Part shown: piece by piece, positions 9,507 to 19,830 of the stretch | Layout of the letters: the number at the start of each line of letters is the position of its first letter | Position numbering within the stretch: the first letter of the stretch is position 1 | Assembly (NCBI GenBank): GCA_965214405.1 | Contig: OZ243956.1 | Location: 1-64,000, forward strand | DNA: 64,000 nucleotides | Source of the DNA: Trueperaceae bacterium | GTDB taxonomy: Bacteria; Deinococcota; Deinococci; Deinococcales; Trueperaceae | Direction: 5' to 3' | Notes under the pieces: generated by a model | Told to the model about the DNA's origin: nothing | The model's input: only the letters and a program-made list of their open reading frames with translations | Database searches by the model: none | Made by a program: the position numbers and the translations under genes

Positions 9507-11399
9507 TTACCTCATCCCACTACTCCCCCCACCCCCCGACGACCCGCCGCCAAACCCGCCCCCGCCGCTAAAGCCCCCGCCACTAAACCCGCCGCCCGTT
9601 TTTGTTTGGGGCGACAGCGCGCTCTCGAGCCCTCCCAGATTCGTCTCTATCTGCGTCAGCGTGTTGAGGCTGGTGGTGAGCGTGTCGAGGGTCGAGAGCT
9701 TGCTAAGCTGCGCGCCGGGAACGCCCCCGTAGCCCGCGCCAAGCCAGTAGGGCGTGACGAATTTGTCGGGCTCCAAGGTCATAAGCTTTTTCAAGTTTCT
9801 CAGGTATTGCTTGCTGACGCCCAAGGCGGTGGCGTAGACGAAGTGATAGTCCCAGAGCTTGTAGTGTTCGGCGGGCGACTCGCGCATGAGCGAAAAGTCG
9901 GAGAGAAAGCGCTTGTACGCCTCCCAGCGTTTGGCGTTAAGAAGTTTGTCCGCGTTCCAGCGTTTTAAGCTCACCTGGGCGGTGACGCTCAAGAGTAGCA
10001 GCAGGCCCGCCGCCGCAAAAAGGTTAAGGCCGACGAGCAGGGAAAAACTTGTCACCTGGAAGCCTAAAAAGCCCGCGCAGAGCGCGCCTAGTACGCCCAG
10101 CGCAACGATAGGTCCCGCGCGCCGACCCGCCTCGGGGTCGAGCAGCGGGCCGTGGGTGCTTTCGTACCAACTGCGCGGCTCGTCCACCCAAGTGCGCGCG
10201 AAGGTGGGGCGCGAAGAGAAGTAGGCGCGTAAATCTTCGGCGTCGAAGCGGGGGTTTTTGGCGTCGGCCCTAGCCGCGCCCTCGAACGCGCGCCAGAGCT
10301 CCCGCTCAAAAGCCGTGACCTCGTCGGGTGTCCTTACGAGCGCGTAAGAAACCTCCTCGGATTTGCCAAAGCCCAAAAACCCTTCTTTGGAGGAGGTCTC
10401 GAGCCCCAAAAAGCCGCGCCGCGCAAAGTCCAAAAGCGTCGCGGCGATGGCGGGACTCGCCGCCGCGACGCCGGGCGCGTTTTGCGACAGCACAAAGGGC
10501 ACCGCGGCGGGCGGAATGGGCTCGGCGGGCTCGCGGTAGTAGGGGCCGACGTCGGTGGCGGGCTCGCGCCCGTAACGCCGGTAGGTGCGCCAGAGCCAGA
10601 GGGCGACGAGCAGCACGCCCAGCCAGAGGGGGATGAGCAGCAGGGGAGAGAGGGGCGCGGGGGCGGGTTCGGGTGGAGGCGCGCCCTGTTCAACAGCCCG
10701 CCGTGACGCGTCCCGGAAGCCTTGCGTCTCCTCCTCGAGTTGCGCCAGCCAGGTGTCTAACTGCTGCCCCTGGACGTTCTGATTGAACAGGCTGGCCTCG
10801 AGCAGCACCACACTCCGCAGGGGCTCGTTCTCGCCCAGCGAGGGCACGGTGACGGTGGCTACGTCCGCGTTTGGCGCAATATCAAGCGTGCCGATACGCC
10901 CCGAGCCGGTAAACATAAAGACCTTGAACTGCTCCGGGCTCGGCGCGCTCGGGTGGAGGCGCAGCGTGTACGCGCCCACGGGCGCGTGCTCGGGCTCCAA
11001 GACCTGCCGGTCAAAACGCGCCGCGTCCTCAGCCACTTGCAGTTCGTTTGTCAGCACATACGAAAAACGAAAGGTGCGCGTCTCGTTCGCGCCGCGCACC
11101 TTCCAGGAGATTTCGTTGCCGTTCAGAAGGGTCTGGACCGGCGCTTTCCCGTCCACCGCCTCCACGCCCTCGAACTGGACGTTGCCGCCCGCAACCGGGT
11201 CGATGTTAACAAAATACGTGTTGTCGCTAAAGTCGCCGTCAAGGTTGAGTGTGCGCGTGTCAGAGACGCGCACCGTGCCGTCAGCGCGAAAATAAACGTC
11301 TTGCTCGACCCGCGCCAAGCTGTAACTCTTGGCGCTTGCGAGGCTGCCGAGCACGGCCAGGACGCATAAACTCAGGGTCAGGGTCTTGAAACGTTTCAT
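9507..11399 (-). CDS. DUF2207 family membrane protein
   Basis: Signal peptide, ATLLDFARRG, W..YKRFLSDFS, W..HFVYATALG, Gly/Ser-rich tail GGGFSGGG. Confidence 0.85.
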   Translation of the reverse strand: MKRFKTLTLSLCVLAVLGSLASAKSYSLARVEQDVYFRADGTVRVSDTRTLNLDGDFSDNTYFVNIDPVAGGNVQFEGVEAVDGKAPVQTLLNGNEISWKVRGANETRTFRFSYVLTNELQVAEDAARFDRQVLEPEHAPVGAYTLRLHPSAPSPEQFKVFMFTGSGRIGTLDIAPNADVATVTVPSLGENEPLRSVVLLEASLFNQNVQGQQLDTWLAQLEEETQGFRDASRRAVEQGAPPPEPAPAPLSPLLLIPLWLGVLLVALWLWRTYRRYGREPATDVGPYYREPAEPIPPAAVPFVLSQNAPGVAAASPAIAATLLDFARRGFLGLETSSKEGFLGFGKSEEVSYALVRTPDEVTAFERELWRAFEGAARADAKNPRFDAEDLRAYFSSRPTFARTWVDEPRSWYESTHGPLLDPEAGRRAGPIVALGVLGALCAGFLGFQVTSFSLLVGLNLFAAAGLLLLLSVTAQVSLKRWNADKLLNAKRWEAYKRFLSDFSLMRESPAEHYKLWDYHFVYATALGVSKQYLRNLKKLMTLEPDKFVTPYWLGAGYGGVPGAQLSKLSTLDTLTTSLNTLTQIETNLGGLESALSPQTKTGGGFSGGGFSGGGGFGGGSSGGGGSSGMR

Positions 11400-12859
11400 A
11401 GGGCCTCGCTCATCTCTCTGGGGGCGGGGTCGGTGCCGAGCGCGCCTACCGCCTCATGATAGCTCAGCGTAAGCGCCTCACAGTCCGCGCCGATAAATCC
11501 CTCGCAGCCGCTCTCTTTCACGAGCGCCGCCTCGCGGAGGAGCGCGCGCCGGAACTCGGGCGTGTCGGTAAGCGAAAGAAGCGTCTTTATGGCGCTCAGC
11601 AGGTGTGTGAGGACGAGCAGGCTGTCGCTGCCGTAGCGGCGAAAGGGTCCCAACGTCCGCGCCACGAGCGTGGGCGCGCTCACCGGATGCACCACGACCC
11701 GCAGCCGCCCCTCGCCGTCGGCGCGGTACGGTGAGGGCAGATCGCGCTCGTCAAGCAGGTGGAGCGCCGAGGCGATGCGGTCGATACACATCATGGCGGT
11801 AAAGGGGTCGTTGATGCCGGGCGAGAGCGCCCGCAGTCCCACCTCGACGAGCTGGTCGAAGAGAAAATCCACGTCCTGCGCCTGCGTGCGGTGCGCGCCC
11901 AGCACAAACGCGCGGCGCAGCGCCTTTTCAAACGCGTCGTTTTGGGGGCGGTCGGGCCAAACGCGAACGAGCGTCACGCCCGTGAGTAAAAACGCGCCGG
12001 GTTGCGCCGCGAGTTCAAACACCACGCCGTACTCGCACGCGAGCCGCATGAGCACCTTTTCGTCGATGTACTGCAAATAGCCGCTCTGGGCCGCCGGGAT
12101 GATCGCCGCCGCTCCTAAGTCCGGCAGGCTGTCTCTCAAACGTTCGTCAAGGTTTTCGCTTTCAGAGCGCTCCTCGTCCGCGTTGCCTGAACTTTCGTCC
12201 GCCACCTTCTCCAACGACGCCTCTTCTGACGTCGCTTCTAATGACGCTTCTTTTAGGCCTCGACCCACCGCGCCCGGCAGCAGCTTCTTGTCCGGGTACT
12301 TTTCGACCACCGTCGTTTCCAGACTGTGACTCACCCTGCCGAGCACGTTACTCACCTGGATCGACTCGGCGGTATGGTGGATAAAGTAGATAAACACGCC
12401 GATACTCGCCGCGGCCAAAACCACCGCCAAGATAATCGACAGGTGGGGCACGAAGGCGCTGCTCTCGCCCTGGCGGATGGTCCGCAAGATAAGCAAGCAG
12501 TATAAAAAGGTGGCGACGAAGGTGCCCAGCACGACCTGGTTGCCCGTGTCGCGCATAAAGTTGCGAATCAAGCGGGGGCCGAACTGCGACGAGGTGAGTG
12601 AGAGCACCACCATCACGCTCGAGAAGGCCACCCCCGCCACCGTAATCATCGAGCCCGCCACGGTAGACAGGAGCGCGCGCGCCCCGTCCGCCTGGTTGAG
12701 GTAGAGCCAGCCAAACTCTCTTAGCCACTTTGCGGAGACGCGGCTGTCGAGTTCGATCATGCTCAAAGAGAGCAGGAGCGCCCCCACCGCCATCAGCGAC
12801 GGCACGAACCAGTAGCTCGAGCGCACCTCGCCCCAGACGCTAAGCAGCTTGACGCGCAC
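11396..12859 (-). CDS. DUF2254 family membrane protein
   Basis: SYWFVP, SSQFGPRLIRNF, LGTFVATF, RALSPGINDPFTA. Confidence 0.88.
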   Translation of the reverse strand: MRVKLLSVWGEVRSSYWFVPSLMAVGALLLSLSMIELDSRVSAKWLREFGWLYLNQADGARALLSTVAGSMITVAGVAFSSVMVVLSLTSSQFGPRLIRNFMRDTGNQVVLGTFVATFLYCLLILRTIRQGESSAFVPHLSIILAVVLAAASIGVFIYFIHHTAESIQVSNVLGRVSHSLETTVVEKYPDKKLLPGAVGRGLKEASLEATSEEASLEKVADESSGNADEERSESENLDERLRDSLPDLGAAAIIPAAQSGYLQYIDEKVLMRLACEYGVVFELAAQPGAFLLTGVTLVRVWPDRPQNDAFEKALRRAFVLGAHRTQAQDVDFLFDQLVEVGLRALSPGINDPFTAMMCIDRIASALHLLDERDLPSPYRADGEGRLRVVVHPVSAPTLVARTLGPFRRYGSDSLLVLTHLLSAIKTLLSLTDTPEFRRALLREAALVKESGCEGFIGADCEALTLSYHEAVGALGTDPAPREMSEAL

Positions 12860-13864
12860 CTAGGCTCCCGCCCTTTGTGATCCGGCGCCTTGTGACCCGG
12901 CGTCTCGTGACCCCGACGCCTGCGAGCTAAGCCGACCCACCGCGTGAGGCAGATTGTCCCGCTCGGGCGGATTTTTCCCTGCGGGCCAGCCCTCGCGCTG
13001 CCCCGTCCGGTCGCCGTCGCCGGCCTCGGTCTGGTCGTGGAAAAGGATCTGCTGCGTCGGAAAGGGCAAGTCGATGCCTTCCCTTGTGAGCGCGTTTTTG
13101 AGTTTCGTCAAGACGCGGTTTTGAACCCTAAGCACGTCCGCGCGCGTTGACGAGGTCCACCAGCGCGCGCGCAAATTCACGCTCGAGCCCGCCAGATCGA
13201 CCACCAGCACGTCGGGCGCGGGGTCTTGCAGCACGCCCTCGGTCTCGCGCAGCGTCTCCATCATCACCCGCCGCGCCTCCTCGACAGCGTCGCCGTAGCC
13301 AATGCCCACGTCGTACTCCGAGCGGCGCACCCTGTAAGCCGTATTGACCATGACCGAATCCGTAAACAGATTCGTGTTGGGGATGACCACGCGCCGCCCG
13401 TCGTAGGTGCGAATCATCGTCGCGCGCGTTTCGATCGCCTCGACCGTGCCGACAAAGCCGTTGGTCGTTTCTATCTGGTCGCCCACCCGAAAGGGCTCGC
13501 GCCACAAGAGCAGGATGCCCGCAAAATAGTTTTGCAAGATGTCCCGAAACGCAAAGCCGACCGCCACGCTGCCAAAGCCGAGCGCGCCCAGCGCGTCCGC
13601 AGGTTTGACCGACGGAAATATGATCACGCTCGCCACCAAAAACCCCGCCACAATAACGCCCAAACGCGCCAAGCGGCTCAGCGCCTTGCCCACGCCGCTC
13701 CCGCGCGTCGAGCGCAAAATCGCGCTCCTCACCGCCAAAGCAGCGAGGTAGAAGAGAACAAAAACAACGACGCCGATAACGATTTGCGGTAAGAGCGCCA
13801 AAAAGGTATCGGCGATGCCCCTGAGAGATGTTAGGGACGTTTGAGCCTGCTCGACGTTATCCAT
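12860..13864 (-). CDS. mscS: Small-conductance mechanosensitive channel (MscS family)
   Basis: GFAFRDILQNYFAG..PFRVGD, RTYDGRRVVIPN, GIDLPFP. Confidence 0.85.
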   Translation of the reverse strand: MDNVEQAQTSLTSLRGIADTFLALLPQIVIGVVVFVLFYLAALAVRSAILRSTRGSGVGKALSRLARLGVIVAGFLVASVIIFPSVKPADALGALGFGSVAVGFAFRDILQNYFAGILLLWREPFRVGDQIETTNGFVGTVEAIETRATMIRTYDGRRVVIPNTNLFTDSVMVNTAYRVRRSEYDVGIGYGDAVEEARRVMMETLRETEGVLQDPAPDVLVVDLAGSSVNLRARWWTSSTRADVLRVQNRVLTKLKNALTREGIDLPFPTQQILFHDQTEAGDGDRTGQREGWPAGKNPPERDNLPHAVGRLSSQASGSRDAGSQGAGSQRAGA

Positions 13865-14077
13865 AGACCTCCGTGAGAAGCATACCCGTAAGGGTGTTTT
13901 TCAAACTTTCGCGGTTGCTACAGTATAGTGGCTATAGGGGTTGTGACACAGTAGGTGTGACGTGGTGGCTACGGCACAGCAGCTATGACGCAGCAGCTAC
14001 GACCCAGAAACCATGTTGCGGCGTCTATAGCGCAGCCCAAAAAGCTACAGACGCCTTTGGCTTTTTTGCGCGCGCGT

Positions 14078-14830
<753 letters not shown>

Positions 14831-15464
14831 AAACGTCCTCCACACCCAGTCTAACAGCCCCGTGGCGGGTGGGGCTTAACCGTTGCGCGGGGGGATTCCC
14901 TAGGTGGCATTATGCGGCGTTGTGTGGCTTTGTATGACGAGGACGAGGCGCCGAGCAGGCTTGGCGGGGACGGGTGGGTGATTGGCCCTTGACGCCTGAG
15001 CCTGCTCACCTTTTTCACCCGTCACTTCCGGGCCAAGGTGCCGTCAGCGCCACGCTTTCATGCTGAGTGAACGCTCGGCGGCAAAGGCCCCGAGGTGGCT
15101 CTTGGCGGAAGTCGGAGGGCGAAAAGCTTAAAGACCACGCCAGGTACGCTGCCAAAGAAGCTCGCCCTCCTCGCAGATGTCAAAGACAAGGCGTTAAAGG
15201 CAAGACGTCAAAGGTAAGGTGATGGCGCGCGCTGACGATGCTTAGAAGGCTAAAGCGCTCATAAGCTCGAGCCCGCGCGTTAGGGTCTTGATAGTGGGGG
15301 GCATGGGCTTAAGTTTGGTAAACAGCGACCGCAGCTTACACTATCTTTTCTATCACTTCTAGAATGGGCAACCCGACGATAATAAAAACATCTTTATAAA
15401 ATATCAGGTAACCTTCCGCTCGTGTCACTGTGCCTGCTGACGCCATGACGAATAGTTCCGAAAG

Positions 15465-15478
15465 GGTAAGCGGTTCCA
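15465..15478. promoter_or_regulatory. LacI-family/cre-like operator
   Basis: GGTAAGCGGTTCCA resembles TGNAAnCGnTTnCA, upstream of a sugar ABC ATPase. Confidence 0.4.
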
Positions 15479-15622
15479 AATGTGGACCAGAGAGAGGGGA
15501 GTAGTGGCGAGTCTTTCGCAGGTGGAAGGCTCAACGGGAAGGTTCAGGCGCTCAGCCGCCCGGTATAGCTTTTTTGTACAGCGGCGTGCTAGACTCTCCT
15601 AAACCAAGCTGAGGAGGGTGCT

Positions 15623-16720
15623 ATGGCAGAGGTTGTGCTTGACCACGTATACAAAAGGTTCGGCAATGTGACCGCGGTCAAAGATTTCAACTTGAACATC
15701 GCCGACGAAGAGTTTATGGTGTTCGTCGGTCCGTCGGGATGTGGCAAAACCACCACGCTGCGGATGATCGCGGGTCTTGAAGAAATCTCTGACGGGACGC
15801 TCAAGATAGGTGACCGCGTCGTCAACGACGTGCCGCCCAAAGACCGCGACATCGCAATGGTTTTTCAGAACTACGCGCTTTACCCCCACATGAACGTGCA
15901 TCAAAACATGAGCTTCGGGCTGCGTCTGCGCAAAACGCCTAAGGACGATATCGAACGCCGCGTCAAGGAAGCCGCGCAGATTCTGCAGATCGAGCACCTT
16001 TTAGACCGCCGCCCCCGCGAACTTTCGGGGGGCCAGCGCCAGCGCGTGGCGCTGGGTCGCGCCATCGTCCGCGAGCCCAAGGTCTTCCTTATGGATGAGC
16101 CGCTGTCCAACCTAGACGCCAAGCTGCGCGTCGAGATGCGCGCCTCTATTTCCAAGCTTCATAAGCGCTTGGGCGTTACGACTATCTACGTGACGCACGA
16201 CCAGGTCGAGGCCATGACGATGGGCACGCGCATCGTCGTGATGAAAGACGGTCTTATCCAGCAGGTCGACACGCCCATCAATCTTTACGACAAGCCCGTC
16301 AACCGTTTTGTGGGCGGTTTTATGGGCTCGCCCGCGATGAACTTTCTTGTCGGCACCGTGGACGGCGACCGCGTCAAGGGGCCGCGCTTCGACCTCAAAC
16401 CCGACGCCGAGCTCGCGCAAAAGTTGCGCAAGTACAACGGTAAAAAGGTCTATGTCGGGATTCGCCCCGAGGTCCTGGGTCTCAAGGGCTATACCGACAT
16501 CGCCGAGGGCGACAATGTTATCGACGCGACCGTCGAGGTGGTCGAGCCTCTGGGCGCTGAAACGATGGTCATCGCCTCGGTCGACGGTGATCAAAATGTG
16601 GTCGCCCGCGTGGACCCGCACGCGAGGGTTGATACCGGCGACAAGATTACCCTCCTGGCCGACCCCACAAAAATCCAGGCGTTTAGCCTCGAGGACGAAC
16701 AGAATATCCGTTTTGAATAG
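15623..16720 (+). CDS. Carbohydrate ABC transporter ATP-binding protein (MalK/MsmX/UgpC family)
   Basis: GPSGCGKT, VFQNYALYPHM, LSGGQRQR, DEPLSNLDAKLR, C-terminal TOBE domain. Confidence 0.95.
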   Translation: MAEVVLDHVYKRFGNVTAVKDFNLNIADEEFMVFVGPSGCGKTTTLRMIAGLEEISDGTLKIGDRVVNDVPPKDRDIAMVFQNYALYPHMNVHQNMSFGLRLRKTPKDDIERRVKEAAQILQIEHLLDRRPRELSGGQRQRVALGRAIVREPKVFLMDEPLSNLDAKLRVEMRASISKLHKRLGVTTIYVTHDQVEAMTMGTRIVVMKDGLIQQVDTPINLYDKPVNRFVGGFMGSPAMNFLVGTVDGDRVKGPRFDLKPDAELAQKLRKYNGKKVYVGIRPEVLGLKGYTDIAEGDNVIDATVEVVEPLGAETMVIASVDGDQNVVARVDPHARVDTGDKITLLADPTKIQAFSLEDEQNIRFE

Positions 16721-16736
16721 TATATTCACGCTCTCT

Positions 16737-16768
16737 AGCGCTTGGTCCTGGGGACCAAGCGCTTTTTT
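16737..16768 (+). terminator. Intrinsic terminator
   Basis: AGCGCTTGGTCC-TGG-GGACCAAGCGCT followed by a T tract. Confidence 0.85.
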
Positions 16769-17318
16769 ACTTCTAGCTTGCACGAAACTTTTCTTTGACT
16801 TTCCCCTTTCAAATAACAGGTAACCTGTGTAGCAAATGTGAATTGGGCTATTACTGTCAGTACCGCCATCGGCCTTCAGGCAACACAACACTCTTCTGGT
16901 GAGAGTGGAATTTGGGTCGTTGCTCGAGTTCAAAACACATGGCACTTAAAAGTGCTGATGATCGAAATTCTCTACGGCATACAACGTTGAAAGATTAGAA
17001 AAAACTTCATAAAATATCAGGAAACCATAAGAGATAAATTACGGTCATTAGAATGGAGTACTTGACCTTGGGTCCACCTTTTGGTTCACCTAAGGGTTCG
17101 CCAAGGGGTTAAAGCACCAAAGAGGTTATCAAAGGCATGTGTAGTAGTGGTGTCCTTATTTAATAAAGGGAATATTTAACAACCGGGGTAAAAAAGGTTG
17201 GGAGCGAAGGGAACGGGAATGAAATGGGGGAGAGACGCCAACGACCTGCCCTCGCTTCTGGAGTGCTCGGGCGCGCCGCTTTCTCGAGTTCTACTCTCTA
17301 CCCTGATACACTTTCGAC

Positions 17319-19325
17319 ATGATCCATACCGACGGCTCCTGGCTCAAAGACGCCCAAGGCCGCACGCTGCTCCTACGCGGCGTCAACCTGGGGGCGAACA
17401 GCAAACTGCCCGCGCGACCGGACGGCGCGACGCACCGCCGTGAGGGTTTTTTCAACCACCGCGAGGTGTCGTTCGTGGGTCGACCGTTTGCGCTCTCGCA
17501 AGCCGACGCACACTTTGCGCGGCTCAAAGCCTGGGGCTGCTCGTTTTTGCGCTTTCAGGTGACCTGGGAAGCCATCGAACACGCGGGGCCGGGTCTTTAC
17601 GACCAGGCCTACCTCGACTACGTACGCGCGGTGCTCCAAAGGGCGGCGGCGCACGGCATCGACGTGTTTATCGACCCGCACCAGGATGCCTGGAGCCGCT
17701 TTTCGGGGGGTAGCGGCGCGCCGGGTTGGACGTTTGAGGCGGTGGGGCTGGATACAAGGCAGTTCGAGACGACGGGCGCGGCCACGGTCCACCAGACGCA
17801 CGGTGACCCGTTCCCACGGATGGTGTGGCTGACCAACTACGGCAAGTTGGCGGCGGCCACGATGTTCACGCTCTTTTTTGGCGGCAACGATTTTGCGCCG
17901 CGCACGCTCGTCAAGGGTGAGCCCGTGCAAGACTATTTACAGCGGCATTATATAGCTGCCGTGACGGCGCTCGCAGAAAGACTCAAGGGGTTGCCCAACG
18001 TGGTGGGTTACGGCACCATGAACGAGCCCTCGGCGGGCTATATCGGCGTGTCCGGCCCCGACGCGGTGCCCAACGCCGACTTTAAGCAGGGCGCCGCGCC
18101 CGACCTGTTACAGTCGATGGTCTTGGGCGCGGGCTACTCGCAACGCGTCGGGGCGTGGCGGACCGGTTTGACCGGGATGAGGCGGCGGGGGGTGTTAAGG
18201 GCCAATCCGGACGAGGCGGACGTGTGGCTCGAGGGCTTTCCCCCGCTGTGGCACCACAACGGTCTTTGGGGCGCGGACGATTTGGGTGAGGTCGTGATGC
18301 TCCGTCCGCGACACTTTACACACGTGCTGGACGGAGAAAGCCTGCGCGAGGTCGACTTTTACCGCGACTACTTCAGGCCTTTTGCCAACCGCTACGCCGC
18401 CGCGATTCAGCAAGCGGCTCCCGACGCGCTCCTTTTTGTCGAGGGTGTGCCGGGCGACGCGGCTGTTTCTTGGACGCCACAAGACGCGCCTCACATCGTC
18501 CACGCCGCGCATTGGTACGACGTGGTGACGCTCGTGACCAAGCGCTTTTTGGGTTGGTTGTCTTATGATGTGAACGCCGAGCAGATCGTTTTAGGCCACG
18601 CGCGCGTGCGGAGACTTTTCAGAGAGCAGATCGCGCTCATTAAAAAGGTGTCCGAGACGAAGATGAACGGCGCGCCCACCCTTATAGGCGAGGTGGGTGT
18701 TCCTTTCGATATGGACCGACGCGCCTTTCGAACCGGGGATTTTTCGCGTCAGGAGAGGGCGCTCGACGCGAGTTTACAAGCCCTCGAGGCCAATCTCGTC
18801 GGCTACACCCTCTGGTCTTACAACCCCGACAACGGTAACGCGCGCGGCGACGCTTGGAACGGTGAGGATTTATCCATCTACAGCCGCGACCAGCAAACAA
18901 GCCACAGCCGCAAGGACGTTTATGACGGCGGGCGGGCGCTACGCGCGGCGCTGCGACCTTACGCGCACAAAATCGCAGGCGAACCCCTGGCAATGCACTT
19001 TTGTATGAAGAAGCGAAGCTTTCGCTTTGCGTTTCGGCACGACCCGCGGGTAAACGCGCCCACCGAGATTTTTGTCCCGGCCTTTCAATACCCCGCAGGT
19101 TTTGAGGCGACGGTGTCGGATGGACGGCTCGAGGCCGACCCCGAACATCAAACGCTCAGCTATCACCACGGCGGGGCTCGAGCCGTCCACACGATTCGTA
19201 TTCGAGACCCCAGGGTAGCGGCGCGGCGCAAGCGGGTTCGGGGGCTGGCTCGAGCCGGTGTAGGGTTGGGCGCCTTTATTATCGGTGTTACGTTGGCGCG
19301 GTGGTCAATAAAACGTCGACCATGA
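17319..19325 (+). CDS. Glycoside hydrolase family 5, endoglycoceramidase-related/steryl-glucosidase-like, with C-terminal domain and membrane anchor
   Basis: LRGVNLG..SKLP, TWEAIEH.GPG.YD, DPHQDAWSR, acid/base MNEP, nucleophile IGEVG, WNGEDLSIY. Confidence 0.85.
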   Translation: MIHTDGSWLKDAQGRTLLLRGVNLGANSKLPARPDGATHRREGFFNHREVSFVGRPFALSQADAHFARLKAWGCSFLRFQVTWEAIEHAGPGLYDQAYLDYVRAVLQRAAAHGIDVFIDPHQDAWSRFSGGSGAPGWTFEAVGLDTRQFETTGAATVHQTHGDPFPRMVWLTNYGKLAAATMFTLFFGGNDFAPRTLVKGEPVQDYLQRHYIAAVTALAERLKGLPNVVGYGTMNEPSAGYIGVSGPDAVPNADFKQGAAPDLLQSMVLGAGYSQRVGAWRTGLTGMRRRGVLRANPDEADVWLEGFPPLWHHNGLWGADDLGEVVMLRPRHFTHVLDGESLREVDFYRDYFRPFANRYAAAIQQAAPDALLFVEGVPGDAAVSWTPQDAPHIVHAAHWYDVVTLVTKRFLGWLSYDVNAEQIVLGHARVRRLFREQIALIKKVSETKMNGAPTLIGEVGVPFDMDRRAFRTGDFSRQERALDASLQALEANLVGYTLWSYNPDNGNARGDAWNGEDLSIYSRDQQTSHSRKDVYDGGRALRAALRPYAHKIAGEPLAMHFCMKKRSFRFAFRHDPRVNAPTEIFVPAFQYPAGFEATVSDGRLEADPEHQTLSYHHGGARAVHTIRIRDPRVAARRKRVRGLARAGVGLGAFIIGVTLARWSIKRRP

Positions 19326-19767
19326 ATGATGTCCGGAAAACTATTTTAGCGAAAGTGCCGGGAAGACTCGACCTCGTTTGTGTCATGCTCATCTTGACGT
19401 TGGTAGCGTGTAGCTCCAACAAAACGCCGACGGTTACCCCAAACTCGGTTGGGATTGGTCACACCGATAGGATAGCTGACCAAAAGCTGCCCTTGCAACA
19501 GCGTCAATTTGTTTATTTCATACGGGCAGGCCCTTTAATACAACATTGAAAAACTTTAAGATTGTCAGAGGCAGATTTGAGGGAGAGTGTATTCGGAGTG
19601 CCGACGTCAGAGACGAAGGAGGATTTGAGCCCCTGCGAGCTGAGAATGGTAGAACTTCTGACTCAAGGCTTGCCCGAAGCTTGGAGGCAATCTTCTTATT
19701 TACATCTCTGTCATAACAGACAGGGCTGTTGAGAAACTTTACTTGCAATAAGAACACCGCTTACATC

Positions 19768-19796
19768 TCTTTGGAGAAGGCGTCATTCTCCAAAGA
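19768..19796. repeat. Perfect 11-bp inverted repeat with 7-bp spacer (candidate recombinase core site)
   Basis: TCTTTGGAGAA-GGCGTCA-TTCTCCAAAGA, 34 bp upstream of the recombinase start. Confidence 0.6.
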
Positions 19797-19830
19797 TTGA
19801 GCATTCGAGCAATAATGTTACTATACACGT

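Noticed and set aside
9510..9600. GC-rich repeats / Pro-rich ORF on the plus strand
   Set aside because: Antisense of the normal Gly/Ser tail of DUF2207
14831..14853. Leaderless start or Mn riboswitch for terC
   Set aside because: The -10 box is followed by GGAGG and a GTG at 14830, giving a short leader; I saw no yybP-ykoY motif on the minus strand
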